A stretch of 63,980 bases of DNA, counting the filler, from Folioceros fuciformis (taxonomy: Eukaryota), in assembly GCA_049999805.1 (NCBI GenBank). It is 7 parts of 7 records of this genome, joined end to end, with 100 filler letters (N's around TTAATTAATTAA, not from the genome) between each part and the next. Parts side by side here need not be neighbours in the genome. Positions count along the whole stretch, not along the records: positions 7,554 to 20,278 come from JBNGIO010001583.1; positions 20,379 to 41,980 come from JBNGIO010001585.1; 5 more parts are not named here. One strand, written 5' to 3'. A model generated the notes under the pieces. The model did not search any database and was not told the DNA's origin. It saw only the letters and a list, made by a program, of their open reading frames with translations. Position numbers and translations under genes: made by a program. How positions within the stretch are numbered: the stretch's first letter is position 1; every line of letters starts with the position of its first letter. Of this stretch, positions 11,813 to 27,461 are shown in pieces.

Positions 11813-13401
11813 CCTGATTCTGCCTGTCACGACGGGACAGCTTGACCCCAAAACGCTCTGGGAGCTCCTGGCTACTTGAATGCCCCAAGGCCGGGACACC
11901 AAAAAAAAGAAAAACAAAAACAAAAGGCTACAACACTCTCCGCCTTCGGTTGCAAGGAAAACTCTCACGACATGTCCTTTTTAGGTCTCCATCCAAGTGC
12001 CTCTGGCAAGCTGTTGACAATCCAAGTGCATTGCTGCGCTCTTTCACCCTCCTTTCATGACCTAGACAAAGTGTCTGCACGCATAGCTTCTCGATTACCT
12101 GTCCACCAGAATCATACCAGAATAAGAATTACCGAGCATTTTCCACAGAGCCTCGACAACAGCAAGCTGTAGAGTCACCAGAACGTTTGCGGCCATTCAT
12201 TCATGTCGCACGGAAAACCTCATCCCAGAACGCAGTTCCAACGACATACATCAGACAGGCCCAGAAAAGGACGAATTCCCCAACCCAGACCCATCCGTCC
12301 ATCACAAGGCCCCAAACTCCACATAGCGAAAGCTGGAGAGAGCGCATCTGAGGACACAAAGCGGGGATTCGGGAACTCCATAAGAGGCGGAGGATGGCAT
12401 TTCAAATTCAGGTCGGAGAACCAGGCATTACAGGCCACGGCCTTTCACGGAACACCCAAGTACGCTGTCAGGAATGAGATACGGGAAACATGATCCATAA
12501 AAGCTGGCATTCTTCATGCGTTCAGACCTAGAAGCCAGGCACCAGCGAGAATATTCCCTTCCCGGGAGCCGTTAGACATCCAACTGCTGCAGAAGCATCG
12601 ATCGTAGCAAGTGTACCGTCAGAACCCTATGCGATTGACAGAGTGCTAATGGCCTCCTGGTCCCAGTTCAAGGACGCAGCCTTCGGAGCTCCAACTAGAA
12701 ACGCAAAGCAGCGCCTGTATTGTGTCCGTCTTGTTGATAGTATAGCAATGGCAGCCTGCATGTTTCTGGGAACATCAGGCGACGCACGAGACGCACATCC
12801 AGTTCGACTCTGGGTGGGAGGTCGTTCCAGCTTGTGACGTGAACATTTCAAGACAACTTTTTGGCTTCCCCAAAACAACCAAGGAAAGTCATTTTATCCC
12901 GACTTCTTTTCGAGTTTGAAATCGTCCCTAGGAGCTTGGAGATTTATTTATCGTTCAAAACGAAAAGACGGGAAGCATCCAAGAGGGCACGGGCTCGGGC
13001 TCTTCGTGCCCTCAAGTTCATCACTCCTAAGTGATAACTTTCTACAAGAAAGATTTCTTACGACCACAGTACGAAACCTTCGAAGATCCTTCATAGGAAC
13101 CACGAGAACGAACGTAACGTGAAATCGAAGCCGACCTGTGCTGGGCTGGGCTATCTGGTCTGCGCTGTGCTGCGCAACATGCTTTCACGATTGTTGTTGC
13201 CACAGGCTTGCTCCAATTATCGGCTAACCTCGTTCACAAACGCCGAGGTTACAGAAAGTGCACTTCCCCTAACAGAACCTTCTGAACAGGGTTGTGATAG
13301 CAACTGGGAATCTCATGTGCCGAGCTTTCACTGTGCAGTGCAGCCCATGGCGTTTCGTGCTTTTTCATCCATCAAAGGTATCTGCACCTGCACCCTTCAC
13401 T

Positions 13402-16400
13402 TCACACGAGTTCAGATGGGGCTCGACCTCTCCCCTCCGTGCTGTCTCTCTTGATTTGAGGATGCTTCTCATCTCCGACCAGAAAACTGTGCACTTGACC
13501 GTCCATATCGGTCCACCAGCTTCGACCCGGCTGCTTCCATGCCCCGATGCTTCTTCTCCTCTCTTGCATCTCTTGTGCCCGCTCCCACATTTGGGCACCG
13601 GCGCATATGTGCCACATCGACACGTAGGCTGCGGCGTCTTTTCTGTCTAGCTGCACTGCTTGGTCAAAAGCATGGCGACCCACCTCAAAGTTATTCCACT
13701 TCCGGCAAGCACCCAGGAGAGTGTGCCAAACGGGAGCATTAGGCAACACAGGCATTGTCTTTACCAGAGCTAGTGCCTCGTCCAGTCGGCCTGCACGGCC
13801 TAGAAGATCCACCATGCATGTGTAGTGCTCCACGGTGGGAGTGATCCCGTGATGTCGGCTCATGGCCTCGAATTGTTCTTCCCCCTTGTTCACGAGACCT
13901 GCGTGACTGCATGCTCTTAGTAAGCACAGGAACGTCATACCCTCTGCCTGCACGCCATCGTCTCTCATTTTTTGAACCAAGTCAAGGACCGTTTGGCTGT
14001 CACCTTGACATGAGTAACCTGCCAGGAGTGCACTCCAAGTGACCTTGTCCCTTTCGGGCCCTTGCAAGGCATCGAACACCTGCTGAGCATCAGCCATGCT
14101 CCCACACTTTCCGTACATGTTTATTAAACTGCCCGCCACAAACACATCGGCTTGAAGCCCTTGTTCTTCTATCTGTGCGTGCAGCTGCCTTCCCAGATGC
14201 AACGCTGCCACATTTGCGCATGCCTGCAGGAGGCACACGAAAGTCACGGTATCAGGTACAGTTTCACCTTTCTTCTGCATAGCACTGTAGAGACAGAGAG
14301 CTTCCTGGCCCATTCCCTGCTGGGAATACCCTGCGATGATGGCATTCCATGTTACCACATCCTTTTCACCAACCCCATCGAATACCCTGCGAGCGACATC
14401 TAGGCTGCCACACTTTGCATACATATTTACCAAACTGTTACCTACAAGCATATCAGCATCATCACCTCGTTCTCTAATGTGCACATGAACCTGCTTCCCT
14501 TTCTCCAACGCCTTGCTGCCCAGGCTTGCACATGCCTGCAGAGTGCACACAAAAGTCACAGAATCGGGTACAACGATTCCCTCTTCTCGCATACTATCGT
14601 ACACGTCAAGGCCTTCCAGACCCATCCCCTGCTTTGAATACCCTCCTATCATTGCATTCCACGTCACCACGTCTTTTTGAGCAAGTCCATCGAACAATCT
14701 TCGAGCCTCTACTATGCTGCCACAATTTGCATACATGTTCACCAAACTGTTGGCTACAGCCACATCAGCTTCATGTCCTCCTGCGATAATTTGCACATGA
14801 AGCTGTTTCCCGGTCTCCAGAGCTGAGATGCCCACACTCGCACACGCCTGCAGGAGGCAAAGAAAGGTCACCGAATTGGGTACAGCAACGCACACGTCCA
14901 GCATTTCCGTGTACAGGCCAAGGGCTTCCTGGCCCATGCCCTGCTTGGAGTACCCTGCAATTAGAGCAGTCCATGTCACCACATCTTTCTCACCCAGTCC
15001 GTCAAATACTTTTTGCGCATCATCCAAGCTGCCACACTTTGCATACATGTTCACCAGACTGCTGGCCAAGTATACATCAGCTTGGAGTCCCTGTTCTCTT
15101 ATCTGCTCATGTAGCTGCTTCCCCATCTCCAAAGCTCGGGTGCCACCACTTGCACATGCCTGAAGTAGCCACACAAATGTCAACGAATTGGGAACCACAT
15201 TGGCTTCTTCTTTCATGGAACTGTAGAGACGCAGGGCTTCCTGGCCCATACCCCGTTGGCAGTAACCTGCAAGAAGAGCAGTCCATGTCACCACATCCTT
15301 TTGACTGAGTCCTTCAAACAGTCTACGAGCATCATCTACGCTCCCACACTTGACATACATGTGTACCAGACAGTTGTCTAGAAACACATTAGCATCATGT
15401 CCTTGTTGTCTGATTTGCGCATGAAGCTGCTTCCCCGTCTCCAAAGCTGGGGTGCCCACACTTGCACATGCCTGTAGCAAACACAGGAACGTCATGGAAT
15501 CAGGTGTCGCACCGCCCTCTTGCTGCATAGCAGTGTAGAGATGAAGCGCTTCCTGCCCCATGCCCTGCTGGACATATCCTGCTAGCATGGCGTTCCATGT
15601 CACCACATCCTTTAGACCAAGTGCTTGGAACACTCTCTGGGCATCGTCCAAGTTGCCACACTTGGCATACATGCTAACCAGACTGTTGGCTATTATCCCA
15701 TCAGCTTCATACCCTCGTTCCCTAAGCAGTGCATGCAGCCGCCTTCCCTTCTCCAACGCCGGGCTGCCCACACTTGCACATGCCTGCAGGAGGCACACAA
15801 ACGTCACGGAGTCGGGCACACCAGCGCCAGCTTCTAGCATAGCACTGTACAGACGGAGAGCTTCCTGCCCCATGCCCTTCTGAGAATACCCTGCTATCAT
15901 GGCAGTCCAAGTCACCACATCTTTGTGACCGATTCCATCAAACACACTCTGAGCATCATCTAAGCTGCCACACTTTGCATACATATCCACCAGGCAACTA
16001 GAAACGAACGGATCAGGCTCAACGCCCCTGGCCAAGACATCAGCATGCACCTGCTGCCCAGTTTCCAAGTCTCCTCCCCTTGCACAAGCCTGCAGGGCTG
16101 CCACAAACACATGACCATCGGGCTTCACACTCGACCTGCGCATCTGATGATACAGTTGCAGGGCCTCCCTGTCTCGTCCCTGTTTGACATGTGCAGAAAT
16201 GATGGCAGACCAGGTGAAGGCATCCGGGTCGCCAACCGATGAAAACACATCCATCGTATCTTGCAACCTGCCAAGAGCAGCATACATCCTCAGGATATGG
16301 TTGCACAGGAACGTGTCCGACTGATACCCCTGCGCCACGGTGAAAGCATGGACGCGGCGACCAAGTACAAGATCCCTCTTGACGACACAATTCTTCAGGA

Positions 16401-16824
16401 CAATATAAAGCAGAGACTTGGACACGCAACAATTCGTCTGCACCAGAACTCCCAAAGCCTCCACAGCCTCCGTGACACGGCCCTGGTCACACAGCATGCT
16501 CACGGATTCAACCGTTACGTGACTTTCATATCCTTCATGCCTGCCATTGTCAGAACCATCCAGCAATTGGCCATTCTTGTCCACATCGAGCGCAGCATAT
16601 CCAGCCACACATCCTCTCGGACTGGCTAGGTCTCTTCCAAAGGTTGTGGACCTGCCAGCTCCATTGTTTGCCAACAGTTGGATTCTTGAATTCAGGCCAG
16701 CTGGACGACATCCAGCTCCCCTGACTTCGCTTTGTCGGACAAACGGCGACCCACCCGTTTGTTCGGTCCATGAAAACTGTCCACGTAAAGGGCAGAGTCT
16801 GTAGGACATTGGTGGCTGACTCAA
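13402..16824 (-). CDS. PLS-class pentatricopeptide repeat protein with E/E+ end and truncated DYW (putative organellar RNA-editing factor)
   Basis: Intronless 1140-aa ORF. Repeated P-L-S triplets (DVVTW.A.I.GY..; PD.VTF.CLLQACAS; N.LV.MYAKCG.LDDA..VF), then HYTCMVDLLGRAG, the PG box WKQPGRSW and HSFLVGDEKHPQ. Confidence 0.95.
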   Translation of the reverse strand: MSQPPMSYRLCPLRGQFSWTEQTGGSPFVRQSEVRGAGCRPAGLNSRIQLLANNGAGRSTTFGRDLASPRGCVAGYAALDVDKNGQLLDGSDNGRHEGYESHVTVESVSMLCDQGRVTEAVEALGVLVQTNCCVSKSLLYIVLKNCVVKRDLVLGRRVHAFTVAQGYQSDTFLCNHILRMYAALGRLQDTMDVFSSVGDPDAFTWSAIISAHVKQGRDREALQLYHQMRRSSVKPDGHVFVAALQACARGGDLETGQQVHADVLARGVEPDPFVSSCLVDMYAKCGSLDDAQSVFDGIGHKDVVTWTAMIAGYSQKGMGQEALRLYSAMLEAGAGVPDSVTFVCLLQACASVGSPALEKGRRLHALLRERGYEADGIIANSLVSMYAKCGNLDDAQRVFQALGLKDVVTWNAMLAGYVQQGMGQEALHLYTAMQQEGGATPDSMTFLCLLQACASVGTPALETGKQLHAQIRQQGHDANVFLDNCLVHMYVKCGSVDDARRLFEGLSQKDVVTWTALLAGYCQRGMGQEALRLYSSMKEEANVVPNSLTFVWLLQACASGGTRALEMGKQLHEQIREQGLQADVYLASSLVNMYAKCGSLDDAQKVFDGLGEKDVVTWTALIAGYSKQGMGQEALGLYTEMLDVCVAVPNSVTFLCLLQACASVGISALETGKQLHVQIIAGGHEADVAVANSLVNMYANCGSIVEARRLFDGLAQKDVVTWNAMIGGYSKQGMGLEGLDVYDSMREEGIVVPDSVTFVCTLQACASLGSKALEKGKQVHVHIRERGDDADMLVGNSLVNMYAKCGSLDVARRVFDGVGEKDVVTWNAIIAGYSQQGMGQEALCLYSAMQKKGETVPDTVTFVCLLQACANVAALHLGRQLHAQIEEQGLQADVFVAGSLINMYGKCGSMADAQQVFDALQGPERDKVTWSALLAGYSCQGDSQTVLDLVQKMRDDGVQAEGMTFLCLLRACSHAGLVNKGEEQFEAMSRHHGITPTVEHYTCMVDLLGRAGRLDEALALVKTMPVLPNAPVWHTLLGACRKWNNFEVGRHAFDQAVQLDRKDAAAYVSMWHICAGAQMWERAQEMQERRRSIGAWKQPGRSWWTDMDGQVHSFLVGDEKHPQIKRDSTEGRGRAPSELV

Positions 16825-17189
16825 TTGCCATACTCCAGACTTTCACCAGAAGGAGCTGAGTCCATCCACAGCTCCATGCTTTGTCATGCAGGACAAGGGG
16901 ATGTCCCGTTGTCCAATTCTACACAGATACATGTGGATCTGTCAGGAGCACTCCTTTAATGGAGATGACCACGCCCATACGCAGTTTGATGAGGTCATGA
17001 CATACATACAATGGTGACATGCGATGGTCATGAATGAACTACAGAAGCTCGGTGCCGACGCCTACGTCACATGCAGCTTTTCTGGGATACTTTCTTTCTC
17101 AAGAGCCTGCAGGATGCGCGAAAAGGCGTTACATGTGACTCAGTAAGCAAGCTGTATCATGAGGACCAGCGGTCTAGCTCCATACGGCC

Positions 17190-18860
17190 GTTAAGGCTTT
17201 CAGGGTTTTGTGCAGATACATATGTATGTAGGTTGTTGTATTCCCAAATCTGTTTGGTACAGTGTCAGGTAGATTGTTGCATTCGCAAATCTGTTCGGTA
17301 CGCTGTCCTGAAGAATCGTGTAGCGGAGAATCTTGTTTTGGGGGGCCACGTCCTTGGTTTGATGTTGACAAAGGGGATCAGTCGGGACACGTTCTCTGAG
17401 TTCTCATGTCCTGCGGATGTTATGCTTTCCCGCCTGGCGGGTTGCAAGACGAGATGCAAGAGTTGCACTGGTTGCAAACCCAGATGCTTTCGTATGGTGT
17501 GCATCATGGCAGCGCATGCGAAACACGAAGAAGACAAGCTCGTTCTCGGAGGGTATCATGGAAAGCGCGAGTCAAATGTGTGAAGGCAGATGGCCGTGTG
17601 CTAGCGGCAGGTCTTCAGGCTTGTGGAAGGGGCTTGGAAACCGGGCAGCAGGCGCATGCTGATGCTGATGTGGTGGCCAACGGCTGAGTCCGATTTGTAG
17701 GAGGACTGTAGTTGTATGGTGGACATGTCGTGTAAAGCGTGCCAGCTTGCGAGTCTTGATGTTGCGACGGTGTGCTTAGGGTGCGTTTGTTTAATGGCGT
17801 CGGATAGAACAGCTTCAGGAAATTTTCAGCGGCGAGCAGCAGGGAGCCCTTGGGCTTGGGGCCTACACAGCTATGCAGGATGTGTTGCATCGATTTCCGT
17901 AACATTTGTGTGCCTTGCTCATGGATGCGTAAGTGCGGTGGGAACGTCTTGTGAAAATTAGAGAGCGATACATCAAGCTCATGTGTCTGTTGAAAGCAGT
18001 GTGGCGAACATGTATGAAAAGTGCGGCAGCTCCGAGCCTCGGAAGCCTTTTTCGACGTACCAGCCAAAAAGGATGTTTTGACAGGGGAATGTCATGGTAG
18101 CAGCATATTCCCCCCCGGACCCTTCCGTCTCCACACTGTTGTGCATCAAGTCAACATGACTCTATAGTAGACCCCTAGTCTGTTAAAGTTGTCGAGCATC
18201 CGCAAGTATGAGCACCCCAGCCTTGGGTCGGCACGCGCCAGTAGCTTCTTTGATGCACAAATGAGAGAAAGAGGACATGCTGGCCAGATTTCGGCCAACA
18301 GTCTGGTAGACATGTATGCAAAGGTGTAGACAGCTTGGAAGCAGCCCAGAGCGTGCGTGGGTCAAAAGGATGTGTGTGGTGACGTGGGATCACGGTAATG
18401 GTAGGGTATTCCCACCAGTCCATGGGTTAGGAACCCCTTGAGCTCGAGCCCCACTCTTGAATGAGACGACGGTGGAACCCAAACTCCGTCCGGCAGGTTT
18501 GTTCGCCTACTGCAGGCTATCGTTGGAGAAATGTGGCTCCAAGCTTGGAGGAGCAGCAGCATGTGGAAATCAGACCGGTTCACATCAAGATCATGTCCCT
18601 GCACTGCAAGACGTTGTGTGACTTCACATGTCTTCAAGGCATGACATGACAGTCTCTCGAAGATGCCCAGTGGTGAAAAACATGAGGTGACGTGAGCCTG
18701 CTTTTCTTTCTGGGTTTTGTTTTTTCACTCCATACACAAATCAGAGAACGAGAACACCACGCCAGCACCAGGCAGGATATCTCTTTTGTCTCCAACAGTC
18801 CGGTTAAATTTTTGTTGTGGCCAAGTCTAGAAGATGCCCTGAAAGTGTTTGACGGACGGA
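17190..18860 (+). pseudogene. Degenerate PLS-PPR copy, inverted relative to the intact PPR gene
   Basis: Frameshifted fragments: YAVLKNRVAENLVLGGHV; VKADGRVLAAGLQACGRGLETGQQAHAD; VANMYEKCGS (18001); ANSLVDMYAK (about 18295); SLEDALKVFDG (about 18824). These are collinear with the N-terminal repeats of 13402-16824. Confidence 0.8.
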
Positions 18861-20586
18861 ACTATCCCACTGACGACCTGTGTCAGAAGATCTGATCTGG
18901 GGCCAGCTCAGGAGCGCGCAAAGTGTCGGCCGGAAAAGGCATCGAAGCCGGTTGCCAAAATCTTCTCCCATTCCAGTCGAAGTCGCTGCTGCGATGGGCA
19001 AATGGCACCACGCCACCAACCCAACGTCCTCGTGAAAGTTGTCGAGGCGGAGCAATTTACGTAGGAGTCTCTTGAGTCTCCACCACGAACTCGCACTGGC
19101 ATGACAGGACGGAACAGAAGACAACAGAAGAGTAGAGAACAGAACAACATGCTGCAGACTCCTTTCTCCTTCTCACATCATGTTTAGGAGGATAATCCAT
19201 GCATGGGCAGAGTATGCAAACTCGTCCACATCCAGAGGGAAGGAGGCCACCAGCATGAGCCCATCCGCATCCGCGAAAAACAAAAGGACATGGATAAGGC
19301 AGCCCCCCACAAATGTTTTAGTATGTACATACTATGGCACTGCTCCAGCTTGTGGATGGGTTGGTGGCGTGCTGTGTGCGAGTGGCCACTAAAGTATGTA
19401 ATTGAGGGGAGGCCGGAATCCCCTGATTTGGTAAAGCCCCGTAAAGCGAAACAATGGCAAGTGCAAACGTGAGACATGCGCCATACCTGTCGTGCCTGAC
19501 CGTGGTGGAACAAGAAAGAAGGGCGAGCGTGGCCAGGTAGGCATCTGTCCAGTCCCATGGGACCGGTCGCAGGCCAGGCGGGGGACCGGAGATTCACGTG
19601 GCAGGAGCGGCAGGCTCGGCTCTGGCTCCCACGTTGTCCCAAGAAAGAATGCTACCAGGAAGGCTACCTTAGTTAGTCAGGGCCAGCCAGGACCAGAGCC
19701 AGCCAGGGCCATGGTCAGAGCCAGAGCGAGAGCCAGAGCGCCAGAGCCAGAGCGAGAGCCAAGCCGCGACCTCCCTCCTTCTCCGGCCTAGCCCCCCAAC
19801 TCTCCCCCCCTTCCTGCTTCCAAATGCGCCTCGCATCCGCGGGGCAGCCAGTTGTAGCTCACCACCGCTCTCTCCGACTCGTCGCCATCAGGAACGGCCG
19901 CGGCGGCAGCAGCAGTAGCCTCGGACCGCACGGCTCCCAGTAACGTCTGGACGTGTCCCTGCTGGACATGCCGCGCCCAGCCTCGGCTCTTGCGACCGTG
20001 GCCAGCGTGTGAGCGCAATTGGGCGCAAGAAGTGTGGCGCCGGGCTTGCAGGTCTTGTTTTCTGGCGATGCGGCGTTGTGGGCGGTTCTTGGCGGGATGA
20101 AGCCGGGAGTAGAGTAGTGGACGTGACTTCGTTGTGGGTCGTCGGAACCGAAATGCGACTTCTCTTCTTCGTGCTGAGCAGGTGCCGGCACTGCCCTGCC
20201 CTGCCCTCCCCTGCCCTTCTCGGCTCTGCTGTGAGTATTTAAGATGGGGTGGAGAGTGCAGGTTGCGGGGTGCGTGGGNNNNNNNNNNNNNNNNNNNNNN
20301 NNNNNNNNNNNNNNNNNNNNNNTTAATTAATTAANNNNNNNNNNNNNNNNNNNNNNNNNNNNNNNNNNNNNNNNNNNNTTGAGGAACCGCTACCGGCATG
20401 CTGTGGATACGAATATTGCTAAGTACTCCGAAATGGTGGACGGAAGACTCTTTTCTGCGCAGGGCTCATTCCTAATTCCGTGCAGGGTTCTTGCTTAAGA
20501 ATGAAGAGCGACCTCGTGCTCCACACCAAAATTATCGAAAAGAATGAGTCAGGACAAAATTGTTAAAAAAAGAAAGTTATCTCCTC

Positions 20587-23736
<3,150 letters not shown>

Positions 23737-24312
23737 CGTGCCTATGAACTGGAACGCCGAGGACTGCCTCGACACTGGTTAGGCGCAGAGCACTACACAC
23801 AATATAGGGCTGTGTCTGGTCGCGGCACACCAGAACCTTAAGGGACGCCGGCCGGTATGTTCAATTGCAGTCACGGTTAGTCATTCTACAAGGGTTTAAC
23901 GCGGGGTGAACAAAAGTTCAATCCAACCATCACCTTCTATCTCATCCCGTTCTGAATGCACATGTTCTATATACAGTATAGCTAGAGCTAATCCTGGTAG
24001 AATAGGCGTTTGTTGGGGACATTTGTGCGTGGATCAGCAATTGGAGGGTTTTTGGCAAAGCTGGGCTTGGAGGTGGGGAGCTCCGGGATCGCTGTTAAAA
24101 TAGGTACGTAGCCATGCAGATGGTTGATACGTGAATTAACCGTAGATCACTCGATTCGCCTGAGATTCGTTTTGTCATGCGACTCGGGATAGCCCCCCCC
24201 ACCTTCTGCCATCCTTCCCTCCACAAACCTCCAAATCTTGCATGCGTTATTAGGGCTGTGTTCATGCTGATGCCCCCATTGCAGCTGGGGGAGCTGGATG
24301 TCGTCGCGTGCC

Positions 24313-27300
24313 ATGGATGGGATTAGCAATGCTGGGGGGGTGCCTCCCCCAACAAATCCCATGGTTACAGTCTTGCTCACAGACATGTATCAACTCACCA
24401 TGGCTTACGCGTACTGGAAGGCTGGCAAGCACAACGAGAGTGCTGTGTAATTTCTTTTCCTTGCCCTGGTCCCTGGGTTTTCTTTGCTGCAACTGCAGCT
24501 TCTACTGTCTGGGAAGTCTTGTCGTGAAACTAGGATTCACATCCAACGCACAATTTTGCTTGCAGGTTCGATCTCATGTTCCGCAAAAATCCTTTTGGAG
24601 GGGAGTACACGGTGTTTGCAGGTCTTGAGGAATGTATTCGGTTTGCTGGGAATTTCAGATTCACAGATGATGAGATAGCGTATGTCCGCACCATCCTGCC
24701 TCCTTATTGTGAGGTGAGGTATGCTCTTTTTGCGCTCGCCAAAGCTGAGAGAGTGTTCCCTAGTTATCAGAGACAGGTCTCGACATAACATGGCTGGCTG
24801 TAACGGCAAGCTAGGTGGTGTGCTTCCAGGATGAGTTCTTTGTGTTCCTGAAGGGGCTTGACTGTTCTGAGGTAGAGATTTACGCTATCCCTGAAGGCTC
24901 GGTCGTGTTCCCTCGAGTACCTCTCATCAGGGTTGAAGGTCCACTTCTGGTGAGCATCCTATCTCTGCACATGAGTCACAATTTGTTCGTGCAGCTGGTG
25001 TCCGCGGACGTTACCTTGGTTTGTGCATACTGTTGCAGATAGCGCAACTTCTAGAGACTACATTTTTGACGCTTGTAAACTATGCGTCCCTCGTAGCAAC
25101 AAATGCCGCAAGACACAGGCGAGTTGCTGGGAAGTCAAAAATATTACTGGAGTTCGGCCTGCGGCGAGCTCAGGCAAAAGCACCGTTCCGATGGGTCTTT
25201 TTTCCTTGTTTGCTTGTCAACTGTTGGGGAAGGGCTCACGGGATGTCAGTCACCTGTCTTGACTATAGGGTCCCGATGGAGGAATTAGTGCATCGAAGTA
25301 CTGCTACATTGGTGGCTTCGATGCCACTAGGTGATCCTTCGATGTCGCCTGATCCCATGTGTGCCAAGTTCCGTGTATCAATCAGAGTTGTAACCCTTCT
25401 TCATATGGTGGAACTCAGTAATGTAGATGCAGGACGCCGGTTTGGTATCCCAGTCCGAGGAACACACTCGCATGCATTTGTCAGCTCCTTCACGGTAACC
25501 TTAGTGAAAACAAACCCTGTTGAAACTTGAACTGAACGTTTTTCTCATGAGAATGTCACAAGACTGTCAGCGGCTAGTGCAGGCGTTTTATAACGTCATT
25601 GTGTTGTGTTTGCAGAGTTTTGATGAAATTACAGAGCGGTCTTTACCATATGCAGATGGTTCAGTGGTCTGTAAGGACTTTGTGCAATCGGCACAGCACT
25701 GGCTGAGCAAACTCCGTGTAAGTCGTGGTTCGCTGGTTCACCGTACTCGTGGACTCTCTGATTGCTGTATGCAGTGAGGGGCCGTACGCAGTGAGAGGCT
25801 GTATTCAGGGAGATGCATCGCTGCCCTGGCACATTCATATTTGCTTTGACATATTCATCGCCTGAATGCGTGCAGGGAGTTGAGCCTCTGAGGGGGATAT
25901 TTTCAGAGACAAATTCCAGCGAGCTAGCAGCTTTCACATCCTATGCCTTGGCTTTTCCCACATCATTCCAGGCTCTTGTGGACACCTATGATGCACGTCC
26001 CGGGCTATGATGCGCACCTTATGGTTTTGGATTCTTACACTTGTCATGACAGCAGTGTTTCTTGTCTAATCGATTGACACTCTTAAGGGCTGTGAATGCA
26101 GGTAATGAGAAGTGGAATTCCAAATTTCTGTGCTGTTGCACTAGCTCTGCAGGATTTGGGGTTTGTGGTCCATCAACTTTGTAAAATCAGTCAGATAGTA
26201 ACACCGGTTAAGTTTCTTGTTTCCAGCTTGTTGCAGTCCATGTATGCTTCGAATTGAAGTTTCGCCTACATTGACATGCAGGTACAGAGCGCTGGGCATT
26301 CGTTTAGATTCGGGTGACCTGTCATACTTATCTTTGGAGGCTCGCAGAGTGTTCAAATTAGTTGAGGATGAATTTAAGATTCCAGGCTTTGGGAAACTGC
26401 TTATAACAGCAAGCAATGACATCAATGAAGAGACTCTGGATGCGCTGAATAAGCAGGCATGAGTTACCGTTTACTGTCAAAGGAGCCGTGCAGTGTTGAA
26501 CTGAGATATCTGAGCTATGACACTCCTCTACAGGGCCATGAAGTAGATGCCTTTGGCATTGGTACACACCTTGTTACCTGCTTCCAACAGCCGGCTCTGG
26601 GTTGCGTATACAAGCTAGTGGAGATCAATGGCCAGCCTCGCATTAAGCTCTCGGAAGATTTGAGAAAGGTGGTACAGCTACGGCTATTGATTGTAACGGT
26701 CTAAGGCGAAGAGCTCACCGTCATCCGCTCTTATCTCCCCGTGTAGGTGACTATTCCCTGCAAGAAGCAGTGCTACAGGCTTTATGGCAAGGAGGGATTT
26801 GCACTTGTTGATCTGCTGACTGGAGCAGACGAGAAGCCCCCAGAAGTACGTACTACCTCAATCATTCATGTCTTCAGCAATGCACTGGTTCGGGTTTGTT
26901 GGCCCCACATGTTTTACATTGCTTTGTCACTGCTGTGGATTGTTGTTTGCAGGTTGGAGAGCGAATTCTATGCAGGCACCCTTTCAGCGAGTCAAAAAGG
27001 GCTTATGTTGTGCCACAAAGAGTAGAATCGCTTTACAAGTGTTTCTGGTCGACAAAACCAGGTAGTCTTTGCATTAGATCCATCTGTGTAGTTCTGCAGG
27101 ATCGCAAGAATTCTCGTCGCTCAACTTTGTTTCCTTGTCAACTCTGTCGACAACACGCAAGCCATTGTAGGGGTGAAGCGGGAAGGATTTTCATCCCTAG
27201 AGCAATTGAAAGAGCGTTGCCAGGAGCAGTTGGCTGCAATGAGGCCAGATCACATGCGCGGACTTAACCCCACTCCGTACAAGGTCCTTTTCTTTACGAT

Positions 27301-27461
27301 TTTCATCCAATGAGTAGACGTATCACCATCAAGGAAAAGAGATGCGCGTGTTTGTTCTTACTGGTATGTAATTGTGTTTGCAGGTGAGCGTCAGCGGAAA
27401 GCTATACGATTTCATCCATTTTCTTTGGCTAAGCGAGGCACCAATTGGGGAGTTGTTGTAA
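24313..27461 (+). CDS. NAPRT: Nicotinate phosphoribosyltransferase, multi-exon
   Basis: [91 protein letters not shown]-terminus [16 protein letters not shown]. Confidence 0.95.

Noticed and set aside
13376-13398. GGTGCAGGTGCAGAT on the minus strand resembling a miR530/miR1030 target site
   Set aside because: Mismatches fall opposite the miRNA 5' end and the motif is low-complexity.
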